A DNA stretch of 64,000 nt from Octopus sinensis (lineage: Eukaryota), in assembly GCF_006345805.1 (NCBI RefSeq), contig NC_043004.1, positions 47,492,001 to 47,556,000 on the forward strand, in the 5' to 3' direction. The translations under genes and the position numbers were made by a program. Every line of letters begins with the position of its first letter. The stretch's first letter is position 1. Below are positions 38,281 to 51,430 of this stretch, one piece after another. Under the pieces are notes generated by a model. The model worked only from the letters and a program-made list of their open reading frames with translations. It had not been told where the DNA came from and did not search any database.

Positions 38281-40137
38281 TATTAATCAGAATGCATGCC
38301 TGTTCATATTTCTCTTGCTAATGCTGAGCACATTTCTCGCATACTTTTAAGCCAAAACATATTGAAGAATTGCCTCTATTTCGCTTTAAAATGTTCTTCA
38401 GTTGATCACTATATCGCTTCTTTGCCAGGTAATAGTGTAGTTTACTGTAAGGGATCTGTTGGGAATAATGTAAGACAATTGTGTGTACTTCAATCCCGAA
38501 GTATATACTTTTTTCTCTACACCTAGGATTCAATAAAGTTGTTGCTGCATAAATGGAGGACTTCTCGATATTTAATACTATCTCTCCATAACGCAAAGGG
38601 TATCGCCAGTGCACGCTAAATGTTCATATCTTTTAAAGTTATTATGCATCTGTATATTGTCCATAACTTGCATCTTTACAGATGAGTAGAAACACATTGG
38701 CCAGTTGATATGAAATATTTTGATCAGTCCAGAATCTTCACAGTCATATCGGGTGCGTTTATGATCTCCCCACCTTGTTTGCATTAACAAGAAATTATTC
38801 TGCCTTAGTTGGAAGAGTATATATTGGAATAGTATATATATTTCTTTCTATAGTACCGAGAAATTGGAATAATATATCTAATTATTTCTAAATAAGGTGG
38901 AAAGACGAAGATGTAGAGTACGCTTGGCATATGACCTGGACAAGAAAATATTTTAAAACTGATATCAGGAAACGTCACACAAGGGAAACCATGTGGCCTC
39001 AGCAGCCACCATGACAAGATTACGGTTACTGTAAATGCTTGAATCATTACGATTTGTCAAATGGTAACAAAAAGAATTGGAAGCCGAACATAATCAATCA
39101 TCAGATTGAGCACTAACTTAAAACTGTTGACTGACTTTAGTAGAACAGACTCTACTGCAGGATCAACAGGTTTCCAGTCTAAGGTTATTCCGCTCGGTCT
39201 TTTTTCTACCAGTCTCGACGATCCTAAAATTATTTATGAACTGTTTTCTGCCTAAGTTACAATAAATAAATTCAACACAAACTCAATTTTCAATAAAAGT
39301 ATTATCATTAATATACTGCCAGTTAATGGACTACCCCCCGTTCTCTATAAAGGTCTGGACTAATTCATATGTTGGGAATGATTGGTGTTTATTAGTGCAC
39401 TAGCAATAGATTGATAGAATAGTTAAAGCGTAGCTTTTAGTTAACTCACATTACTTTCTGTATGCAACTCACGCCAGATACTTGATATACTTCAAAGATT
39501 GAGCAATAACTTGCCAAACAGGTACTGTTATTTCGTGTTTCAACACACGTTACACAAGAAATACGTGACACTGTCCCTATATTATCATTATCATTGCCTG
39601 CGTTATAGCATTTTGTCTTTAGGAAGAAGTAATATTTATTAGAGATATAGGGTATGGTGAATGACAGAAATATTAGTTCAGATGAAGTTCTAGGTTTTAG
39701 TCACATTCTTTCAGCATCTATGTTTATATTCTACTAAGGTTGACTTTGGTAATTATTTTTATCGATTTAAGAAAGAAGAAAATCAGTAAAGCAGTCGAAT
39801 ATTACAATAGATTTAATTTACAGAATCACCACACGAATTTCGCACTTTTTTGCTAATTTTAGAAATCATTATTATTAATAAGCCGATGCGAATGAATAAA
39901 ATGTTGAAGACCTCAGTAAATGCTTTTCATTATTGTTTATTCTTCCCTTTGTCACGAATTCAAATCTCACTCAACTTGTCTTTGAATTTATCTCTCCAAG
40001 ATCAATAATATAATTACCCACCACATATTATGTTAGTTAAATATCGGCTCTGCTATTTCTTCGAAAACAAATGCACGAATGGAAGAAATCTTTACGCACA
40101 CACTCACATATATATGTATAAGTATATGTATGTATGC

Positions 40138-40175
<38 letters not shown>

Positions 40176-41253
40176 CATACACACAAACACATCGATACAT
40201 ATAAGGTGTGGGGTGCGTGTGTGTGTCTTGTAGTTATTTAATATTGGAATAAGTGCTTAACTATTTTAGATTCAAATCATCGTTTAATTTAGGACTATTT
40301 ACAGTCTTTGGATAGAAAGCACTTTCCTCATTCTATTGTCTGTTCGAAGCAATTCAAATATTTCCCATGCTGTAGCGGCTTCATTGTTTGCAATGTTCGA
40401 GTTACAATGGGATTGCGAAGTGTTGTGTAGATTGCAATTTGTTCTTCAATTACGACTGTTATGCATATTCTACTTTCTTATATTATTCCAAACTCTAACT
40501 GTATTTCTGATATTTCTGAATAGTTGTCTATTTTCTCATCTCTTCATAATAAATATTTTGCTTTCATATCAGAAGAATGCTGGTTATTAAACATTGCTGT
40601 TTTCGATTTCTAGAATATTAGGTTTTTGGTATTTTGCACTGCGTTTTTTTTTTCTTTTTTTTTTGTAGATTCTGAAATCATATAGTATTTATTGTTCCTT
40701 TTCTTAAATATAAATCTACACATTTGTATTATATCACAGACTGCAATTCGTTTAACGTTGGGAATTTCTTTGTGTACCGCCTGTATTTTAACTTGTTTCG
40801 AATTAGCATTTTCCTCAAGATTCTCTAATTAAGAATGTCTGCTACTAACAAGGTTTCCATAATGATTCTCTCCAAGCAGATTTCACACTGAAATTTTGAT
40901 CTTTTGTAGATATCAGCATTCGTCCTATTATTCTTTTCTTCAAATTTCCTCTACACATTTAATGCTTCTATGTGCTTTATTCTACATCTCTCATAGTGAC
41001 TATGAAGAAGCCTGTAATGAATTCAAATCTTCTGTTCTGATCATCTTTTTGTTCAACATTGTTTAAAAAAAGGATTATAACATCGATTTCATAAAAGCTT
41101 ATCGTAATACAAGGGACATAGATGAAATGCTCCGCATTCTACTTCCTAGATCTATCTTCTATTTTCATTATATAATAATCGTGGCATATGAGTTTAATTT
41201 GGAACAGTTTAATTTTCCTTCTGTGTGTCCGAATTTGATTACATGAATTATGT

Positions 41254-41466
41254 TTATAAATGACGAACGTATAAAATCCATTTACCTTGAGAATTGTTTC
41301 TTTGTGTTGATATGAAAATAAATTTCTAGTACGAACAACGTCATCATTATATCTTCACCAACATCATCGTCGCCATCACCAACACCATCATTATCAGCAT
41401 CGTATTCGCTCTTCCAATGTTAATGAAAAAAAACATCAATGTGAACTTTGTTTTTTGTTTCAAATA
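41254..41466. repeat. Partner (probable source) of the 36162-36374 insert
   Basis: Inverted match to 36162-36374. Confidence 0.9.
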
Positions 41467-43091
41467 GATTGCCAGCAAATTCCTGTTAAATCTCGCCCAG
41501 CAGTCTAAAATAAGGTTTTCAAACACATTCACTTATTAACCGTTTTCGTCCGTTGACGTTTACATCGGAGAATATTCTCGAATGGACAAAGACGCCTTAG
41601 TTACAAGGCATAGTTATTTGACAACGCCGGGGTCGCTAATTTACACACTTCGAATTTTTTTTTAGGTATTGATATCGACTCATAGGCGCTTTATTACACA
41701 GCTTTATCAGAAACAAACAAAGGTAGATTTTACATAACAGGAGAGAATATCTGATTTGTCTAATTTTGATAGAACCAGAAACAATTATGGCTGTACAAAT
41801 ATTGACCTGAATATTATCGGAATTTAAAAAGGTACACAATTCACCACTTTAACACAAAATGATGTCACATTATTATTTATTTTGAGCATGTCTCCGGAAA
41901 AGACTGAAAGGCGTGAAGCTAGGAAATCAAATATATATTTCGATAAGTTATTCGTCATAATCATTTCAGAAGTGGATATCGAATTTCTATCAATAATTCG
42001 CCGGTATTGCTTTTTACTGCTTTTCACCTGTTTCACGGAAATATTTTAATTGCTGGAGCAAAGACTAGCGAGAAATATGTACATGTTGCTGGCGATATTG
42101 TGTAGAAATATAAACGTGATATAAGCCATTGACGCTTTAATATCCGTTACTTCTGTTGATACAGTGTTCTCCTACTGTCTTTATACAGTGTAGGCTAAAA
42201 GTCCCATAGCCCCATTATGGTAGTTTGTTTTGTATTATATTCTGACATGCAAACAACAGGTATGCCATTTTGATCATAAATACTTTCATTTCAGTTCGGC
42301 TATTACAGTTAGAGTTTTATTCCTTATCGCTAGATAGAATATTTCCCGCCTGCTTATAGCAATCGCTTAGCATTGTAAGATATCTACATTGTACTGCAAA
42401 ATGTCCACCGTTATTCTTAATATTCATATCTATTGAATTGTCTGTCGGCTTTATAAACTGCCAAATTTTTGTACCCGAAGATCTATTACTTGCATTCTAT
42501 AGTTTTCCCTTCTGAATTCGAAAGATATTTAAAATCTAGTAAGTGAGTAAGAAACCACAAAATATATAAATATATTTACTACTCAATAAATGCAGTTAGC
42601 AATATGCGTCAATACTTATTCAAAGACGTTAAATACTGTGTTTTTGAATACTTTTTAACTTGCATTATATTCACAATTGAACATAATATCGACGTCATTC
42701 TACGCCTTTCGTTACGAAATACCATTATTTTGGATACTATAGTAATTTCGGCAAGTATATTGATAGTCCCGGAAAATTCTTCCCTTCAAACCAAAATTTT
42801 CTGAATAGGTATATATTTCGAAAAGAAAACATACCATACACACTTTATCACAGTCACGTCAACTCAAGTACATAGGTAAATAAGAAAAACAGAGAAAGAT
42901 AAATACACGCGCAAACGTGTGTGTATGTGTGTGTGTGTCTGTGTGTGTGTGTCTGTGTGTGTCTGTGTGTGTCTGTGTGTGTATGAATGAATGAGTGAGC
43001 GTGTAAATATAAATATATATTATGTATGCATATAAATGTACGTGTCTATATATATATATAAGGATATATAGAGTGATTGATAGGTACATAT

Positions 43092-43142
<51 letters not shown>

Positions 43143-43182
43143 ATATCATTAAATACACATACACGCGCGTATCATATATATA

Positions 43183-43231
<49 letters not shown>

Positions 43232-43837
43232 AAATAGCTATTTAATGTGTATGCATGCATGTATCTATCTCTATTTCTGTGCATGTATCGTTGACGCGGG
43301 TTAGCATAATAAACCTTTCAGCTATGTTGAATCTCGAAAAACGTGTTATAATACCGCTTCACATCGACAATGTTACCGAAATATATTCGTCTATTTATGT
43401 TATTTACAGCAAATGCATTATTTACCTTTAACTCTAATCATACACATCTCTATTATTAGACGATTCCAAAGCCAGTACTTCTGGATTCTTTTCTTTTCAG
43501 GTGTATAAAAAAAAAAAAAACTATAGAAAGAATTGTACAAATATTTTATGGCTTAACGACAGGTTAAACGAGAAAGTGAATCCTTTCTTTTTTTATTTAT
43601 TTATTATGTTGCTTGGCACATGAATACCTTACGATGTAAAAGTGCCACAAACAGTCAATAAATATTAGGAAAAGACGTGTCACCACCTGGATGAGAGAGA
43701 TGCATCGATTACAGCTTAATGAAGAATAGTTATGCACACTGTTCAAAATAGATTAAGCATAATAGATTATCTTCCTGAAATAGCGAGTATTAATAATACA
43801 ATATTTAAATCTGATTTAATATAACTGATCCAATATC

Positions 43838-44146
43838 ACCGTGATCACCGTGACCGACCAGGCTATGAGATATAGTTACACATCGCTGGTCACAATGCGT
43901 TCGCATTGTTTTAGCCTTCAAATGACGCCACCCCGCTGGCTAAGCGAGCAGGCCAACAGAAGAAAGAGTGAGAGAAAGTTGTGGTGAAAGAGTACAGCAG
44001 GGATCACCACCCCCTGCCGGGGCCTCGTGGAGCTTTTTTTAGGTGTTTTTGCTTAATATACACTCACAACGCCCGGTCTAGGAATCGACACCGCGATCCT
44101 ACGACCGCGACTCCGCTGCCCTAACCACTAGGCCATTGCACCTCCA
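43838..44146 (-). mobile_element. tRNA-derived SINE, family D
   Basis: Minus-strand head GGAGGTGCAATGGCCTAGTGGTTAGGGCAGCGG (A box)...GGTGTCGATTCCTAGACCGGGCG (B box). Confidence 0.8.
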
Positions 44147-44254
44147 ATATAACTGGTCCAATATACGTATTCTTATTCTCCTGTCATTTACCGTTTCAGC
44201 ATAAGTTCTTTTTTAAATTTTAGCAGCTTCAACGTTTTGTTATTTAGTACAGCA

Positions 44255-44650
44255 GCAGGCAGCGAGCTGTCAGAATCGTCACCCTGTCTGATAAAATGCA
44301 ACATTTCGTTTGTTTTTTACGTTCTGATTTCAAATTATGCCGGGCTTGAACTTGTCATTCATCTCTTCCGTGTCAATGAAATGAATACCAGTCGTGCGTT
44401 GGAGTCAATGTAGTTGGCTATCCACCCACCTATTTAGTGGGTAGCATAATGCGGCGAGCAGTTAGAATCGTTCGTGTGTCTGGCAAAATACTTAACTGAA
44501 TTTCTTTCGACTCTTTACGTTCTGAGATCAAATTCGATCGAGGTCACTTTTAAGTATTTCATCCTTTCCGATCGATGAAATGAAGTACTAGTTAAGTAGC
44601 AAGTTTGATGTAATCAACTTCTCACTCGCCTCGAAACTCCAGGCCATGCG
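44255..44650 (+). mobile_element. Two adjacent degraded family B SINE copies
   Basis: Heads GGCAGCGAGCTGTCAGAATCG at ~44258 and GCGGCGAGCAGTTAGAATCG at 44451; both have ACGTTCTGA-TTCAAATT-like B-box segments. Confidence 0.6.
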
Positions 44651-44889
44651 TAAATCTTGAAAGATATTTAATTTTGTGTAAACATAAATGCTCATGTTTA
44701 TTCCTTTCAAAACTGTCTTAACAAAAGAGGAAATATGCAAATTAATACAAAGAATACTGCATCGCTTATCCCTATGTCGGTTTCGAACGGCCATTCAATA
44801 TATTTTCTCACAGCAGCAGTTGTAGAGCCACATTATACAATGCATCCCTTATCTTCGCCGGTAGAATGACGTAAAACAGCCTCCTAGTA

Positions 44890-46280
44890 GTAGATCTCTC
44901 TCCCAGAATTGCATCCTAAATTTCTTTTTTAGTCGAACCCTTTAGTTTGTACCAGACATCCACAATATCTCTGATATACATAACACTGCAGCAGACGCCT
45001 TATCGTGCCTACCACTTAATTTGTTGTAGTCACCCACAGACACTGACCTACATCTCCTGGCTAAAGATCAACCTCAGAGACAATTGATATAACCTCACCC
45101 GCCTTTACCACATGCAACGTCAAGTACTTCTCGTACCTACAGCTGACGCAAAGACTTTGTGCGATATTTCCACGAATTCTCCTCGTCTTTGTCTTCCGGA
45201 GACCCACAGGTAAACAGTCTTCAGCACACTGCATAACGCCACAGTGAAACTCATTTCGGCTAGATTCTTTGGGGCAAATATGAGACGAGATATCACTGCC
45301 TGGTCAGCTTCCTGCCTTTTCTGTCAGAATTCAAAGGTGCATAAGCACATCCTTTCACGCCTAGACACATTTAACACTAGATATGCGCTTCAGCCATGTA
45401 CGCATCAACCTTGTCGGACCTCGACGGACCTTGGCCAGTCAGCCAGGGATATACCTACCTGCTCATCTACATCGATCGTTTCACACGTTAATCGGAAGCT
45501 ATTTATTTACTAGATATCACTGCAGAATCTGTTGACAAAGCTTTTTTCAAAGGATGGACATCACGGTACGGTGTCTTTATCACCATCACACCTGACCGTG
45601 GAAAACAGTTTGAATCGCAACTCTTCCACCTGCTCACGAAGACCATAGGTTCACGTCGTATTCGAACCACCATTTACCATCCACTATCCAACGATTTTGT
45701 GGAACGATTCCACTGTCAAATGAAAGCTGCTCTGCGTGCGTACACTGATCGGCTGCTTTGGAGCGAATATCTTCCAATAGTTCTCCTTGGCTGTCGAGCT
45801 TCGATAAAGGAGTACCTCGGTATTCCCCAGCAGAACTCGTTTATGTCACTCCACTTTCGTGGCCATACACAGACTTCGAAAATTCATGCAAGAACTGCCA
45901 CCGATGTCAACATGACACCAATTTGACCCATGTGTTTCTACGAAACGACACTATGAAAACCCCTCTCCCACCTCCATATATGGGACCCTATTGCGTCCTG
46001 GCGCACACAGACGAACTATACACGGTAGACATTAATGATAAAAAGGAAACTGTCCCAACAGAAAGGCTTAAGCAGGCATACACAGAGAGTGATACAACAC
46101 CACCTCATACACACACCCCCATATCAAAAGGACAACATAAAACAAACACTACACCACTGCAATCACCAGCAACAACATCACACACACCAACTACTCCTTC
46201 ATCTACATACGCCACTACGATTCGTAGTGGTTGCCGGGTACATTGGCCCACCAGGCTGTGTAAATCTATATACATCTGAA
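44890..46280 (+). mobile_element. Ty3/Gypsy pol fragment (integrase with zinc finger and GPY/F module), degraded
   Basis: TVFSTLH...VKLISARFF..NMRRDI..W..SCLFCQNSKV; D-RGKQFES; ERFHCQMKAALR; SPAELVY; PPPYMGPY. Frameshifted; no paired LTRs found. Confidence 0.9.
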
Positions 46281-47290
46281 CTATAATGAACTATTTGTAA
46301 ACTTACCAAAGACTTTTCAACACGTATCACCAGCGACGCAGTTTTGTCCTTCAAAGCAAAGTATTCCTTCGAACTTTACCTAATCGAGTTGAACATTTTG
46401 CTTATATCTTTGTATTCACATTCTCTTTACACGTTCCGTGCTTTGCCTTTCCGTTTCTCATTTTTGTTGTTGTTGTATTGCATCCTCCTGTTTGTATTCC
46501 ATATTCTTAGGCCCGTTCGTTTAGGCACACACATGATTACCCCACGCATATGTACACACCTCCATATGCACACACAAAATCACACCAGTACACTGCTCAA
46601 CAAAATGTACGCAGTAGGTTACTTATACATAAACACACACACAGGCCCACATAATTTTAAGCTCGAACACACATACACACTCAAGCACCTGCCCCATTCA
46701 CACAGACACACTAAAGTGAGCTTTTGTGCCTAAGTTATTATCTCCCTTTCATCCAGCTTTTTCCTTTTGGCCATTTCATCAATTTGAATCTCTAATCACT
46801 ACACATACTTTCTCGTTCTTTCCTGTCGTACTCCTTCCGTTGTTTGTTTTTTGGAGGGGATGGTGTTCTTTTTGCGATTGTTTTTTTCCTCTTAATCCTT
46901 TCTGTCGCAGAAATTTTCATTCTTCCCGAGCATTAAACTAATATACATGCTTGTTCCTTCATCTGTCTTCGTCTTTTATTTTCTGAAAAATTTGAACTAT
47001 ATATTTGAACGATACACAGGTACAGTATAGGGTCATGGACACACACACAATCATACACACGTGAACATACCGCAAGCACAAGCACTAATCAACTGCTAAA
47101 CACAAGTGTTTGCGCATGAACGCACACAGGCATACAGACATACACACACAGACATATTAGCCTCACATATATACATACGGCCATATATATATGTATTTAT
47201 GTATGAATCTATATGTGTGTGTGTTTCGTTTTTGGATTTGGTTTGCAAGATTCTTTATATGGGTTCATGTGTTGAAGCATATTCGGTTGT

Positions 47291-47639
47291 GTCATTCTCT
47301 TTTTTTGCCTTATAATCTAACACACTCACCGGTAAAATTTCCACTTTCTTTCTTATTTTTATTTTCCTAAAGTTTTCGTTGCGTCTTTCCACCTTTTCAA
47401 TAAGCTTGACTCTGTCCGATATTTACACTGCGTTCATTTTTGTTTGCTTGTGCGCATGTGTGTGGGTCAGTGTGTGTGTGTGCCTATGCAGGCATGTACG
47501 TATGTATGTATATGTGTATGTATGCATGTATGTATGTATGTATGTATGTATGTATGTATGTATGTATGTATGTATGCATGTGAGTGTTTTATATGTGTGT
47601 ATGCTTATGTATATATGTATGTATTCTGCATATTCATGT
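47291..47639. repeat. Left arm of an inverted repeat (GAGTCAAGACT family plus (TATG)n)
   Basis: Reverse-complement homology to 48366-48882, including unique sequence and the microsatellite. Confidence 0.8.
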
Positions 47640-48143
47640 GCTTGCATGTCCGTTTTTGTGTATTTCCTGTGTGGGGGTGGAAGGGGAGTGTGAGCGTGTG
47701 TTTGTATTTGTATGCTCTTCTGTCTCCTTCTGTGTGTGTATGTGTTTTGCAACTATGTGCCATATTTGTATGTATGGTTGTGCATCACTATATGTGTAGA
47801 CCCGTGTCTCCATATGTGTCCTTGTGTGGAGTAAAGTGTGTGTGTGTGTGTGTGTATGTATAAGGTCATGTGTTTCAGTCTCCATTTGCGTATATGTGCT
47901 TCTCTGTTTTTATAACCTATGTACATGTCCGTCTGTATGTTGATCTGTTTATTTTCATATCCCTATGCTTACATGCAAACAAAAAAATTACACGTGTATA
48001 TACACACACTCACACCCACACATACAAACATACATATATACATACATACATACATACATACATACATACCTCTATCTGCATAAGAGTTCACTAACAATTC
48101 TACTCTACCAGTGTAAACTGGAAGTATGGAGATATGATATCTA

Positions 48144-48365
48144 CTATGTATCTTTCCTATTTAGTATTGGAGAGGTTTCATTTATAAGGACGTACTCTTG
48201 TATTTGTCTGAGTGTTGGGTCTTTTGGGTGCTTGGATAAGATGCGGATGTCAAGTTGACCCATGTTGCCTCCATGGGGGTCTTTGGCCTGCTGGTAGATT
48301 ATGGAAAACTGTTTTTTGTCGTCATATTATCTCAGATGTTCATTTAGTCGTTCCGCAATGTTCCT
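48144..48365 (-). pseudogene. PLE GIY-YIG C-terminal fragment (a different PLE lineage from 23745-24233)
   Basis: RNIAERLNEHLR*...IIYQQAKDPHGG...DIRILSKHPKDPTLRQIQEYVLINETSPILNRKDT*; one internal stop. Confidence 0.75.
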
Positions 48366-48623
48366 ACATGACTATGCAGAATACATACATACAGATGCAC
48401 ACACATACATACATACATATATACATATGTATATATGCATACACACAAATATATACATACCCACACATGCATACATACATACATACATACATACATACAT
48501 ACATACATACATACATGCATGCATGCATGCATGCATACATACATACATACATACATACATACATACATACATACATGCATACATACATACATACATACAT
48601 ACATACATACATACATACATACA

Positions 48624-48657
<34 letters not shown>

Positions 48658-48900
48658 AATGCGTACATGAATGCATGCATAAGCACACAAACACACACAC
48701 ACTAACCCACAATCATGAGCACAAACAAACAAAAAGGAAAGCAGTGTAAATATCGGACAGAGTCAAGACTATTGAAAAGGTTGCAAGACGCAACGAAAAT
48801 TTACGGAAAATAAAACTAAGAAATAAGTGGAAATTTTACCGGTGAGTGTGTTAAATTATAAGGCACAAAAAGGAAAATTACTCTCCTCAGACACAACAGT
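48366..48900. repeat. Right arm of the inverted repeat; long (CATA)n plus a GAGTCAAGACT family copy
   Basis: See 47291-47639; ends against (TA)n at 48901. Confidence 0.8.
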
Positions 48901-48907
48901 ATATATA

Positions 48908-48946
<39 letters not shown>

Positions 48947-49775
48947 GTAATGTTGTTCGTATTTATTTATATGGAGCTAACTGAATGGTAAATCATAATG
49001 CACGGATCCAGTGTCCCAGATATGCTTCGCTACCCTTTAGTTGAAGCCTGCACTTCACACTTCAATATACAGTGATTTGTTATCTGGCGTATAAAGTGTG
49101 CATCGGCGTATGAAAAGTCTCTATTTTGTAAGCTTTTTTCTGTGTTATTGTTACGTTATTCAGTTGCAGGTTAGCGACGATCATGAGGAAATACAATAGA
49201 AGGCGCAACCCCCCATTTGAGTTTATTCAGCTTGCGTACTTAGAAGAATATTACTTACTGAACACTATATATTTTAAGGCATTAGCGTGTAAATTGGTGT
49301 AGATATGCTATATAGTGTCATGACCACATAGACGCAGCTAGGACACTCTCCAACAGACTCAACTACTACTTTGTTTGGCTCATTTGTCTCTGGTTTGTTT
49401 TCCAAAGACCAATAAATAGATTAATGAGGTAAATTCTATAGAGAATATTTTATACTGAATCAAATGAAACCCTTAAAAATTTGAAGAGATTGTGATCTGT
49501 TAAAAGATATAAGGGGACGAGGATGTTAGGTTTCATTTTTACCTACATAAAGGCACGTATAGAGTTAATCTTCTTGAAAGTGATATGAGCAACACTTTTC
49601 TACGTCATAATAAATAAATGGAGAAAATAATATTTTTTTTTATACAAAGGTGGTTAGCTATGGTGTTTTGAGGGTATTCATTTTAATGAGGATATCAAAT
49701 TGATATCCTGTAGTTATATATTTTCAAGCTGTCATTGGATGCCAATTACGAATCTAATGCATTTGGAAAGGAAAG

Positions 49776-49828
<53 letters not shown>

Positions 49829-50069
49829 TAATAATAATAACAAACAAAAACATGATATCTTTATTTGTTTTCTTATATGAACTAGATTGTACACTCATAC
49901 TTGCGTTTTAACTATCACTCTCTCTACACTTGTCTCTCTTTTTCTCTGTCTCTGTGTATATGCATATATATATATATATATATGTGTGTGTGTATATATA
50001 TGTATATATATACACATATATGTATATATATATATATGTGTGTATATATACACATATATGTATATATAT

Positions 50070-50128
<59 letters not shown>

Positions 50129-50188
50129 AGAAGCAAAAGAGAGAAAGAAACAAAATGACAAGCATAAAAGAAAACAGACAGAAACAAA

Positions 50189-50220
<32 letters not shown>

Positions 50221-51249
50221 GAGACACAGCTAGAGGGGAACATAATGGTTTTGCTTCTCGTATCAGGATGTTGACAAATAGCTATGGACAATCATATTTA
50301 TACCACTCTTCTAAAAGTACGTACACACCTTGAACAAAATTCACTTCAGCATCAAAGATAATAGTTTAAGATTTAATTTTGCCAACGTTTTTCATATGTT
50401 GATATATGAACGACGTTTAAATCCCTCTAATTTTCCACAATTATTTTTCAACTGTTTTAATTAACTTGCTACGCGCATTTCTTTGTTTTTTGGCAACTCA
50501 GGAATAGAGTCCATATAATTAAGGCAATTAATTTTCGATAGATTGTTGTCTTATCTAGGGAAAAATTCTTCTCAGAGTGCAAATAATTAAGAAAGTCATT
50601 CTTCGATATACTTGAATCTTTTCTAAAGGGGTTTAATTTTCAACTTATTCATACCAAGAAACTAGAGATTTCTTGCTCTATAGGGCTTAGGGAAGGGTTA
50701 TTTTTATTTTGTCTGCCAGTATTAATATCTTAATACGAAGATCTAAAAATCATATTTACGATTTTAAAAATATCATCCCCACTTCATGACAAAATTGAAA
50801 ATGTTCAACATTAGATATGATTTACCATTATACTTAACCATTAAGAATAATGAGAAGAAGCATGATTAGTGAAATCAAGTGTCAATAATATTACAATTTT
50901 CATTTACAACTATGTAAAGTTCTATATGTATATCAAGTGAGACTTGTAGTTACTTGAATTAATACAGTGAAATGTTACCAGCTAAACGTGAGTGCTACAT
51001 AGTGAGTCGATGATACTATTAATATCTTGCTTTCTTTTCTTGTTTTTATACTGGATTCTACTCAAACTGGAGCTCTGCCTTGTAAGATTAATCTGGTAAT
51101 TATTCCATTGGTCTCTTAGCCGAACAGATAAGTTAGAGATTGTAAAGAAGCAACCCTGGTTGTGAAGCGGTGAATTTACCAGTATAGATAGAAAGGCAAG
51201 TGCCCCCTCGAACGCACACACACACACACACATATACACAAACATATAT

Positions 51250-51430
51250 ATTCATACAATGGAGCTCTACAAAGTTTCCGTCTACCAAACTCTCGCACAA
51301 TGCATTGGCCAACTCCGATGGGTTGGGGGCTATAGTAAAAAAACTGTTGGCCAAATTGACGCTCAGTAGAACTGAAGCTGAAACCACATGTTTTTGGATC
51401 CATCTTCTTGCCATACTGCCATGCATACGC
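51250..51430 (-). mobile_element. SINE family A 5' fragment, degraded
   Basis: AGTTTCCGTCTACCAAA...GCATTGG...GGGGCTATAGTA resembles 53720-53780. Confidence 0.55.

Noticed and set aside
38290-38810. Possible Tc1/mariner transposase remnant or host exon
   Set aside because: No DD(E/D) motif or TIRs could be read, and all frames are interrupted.
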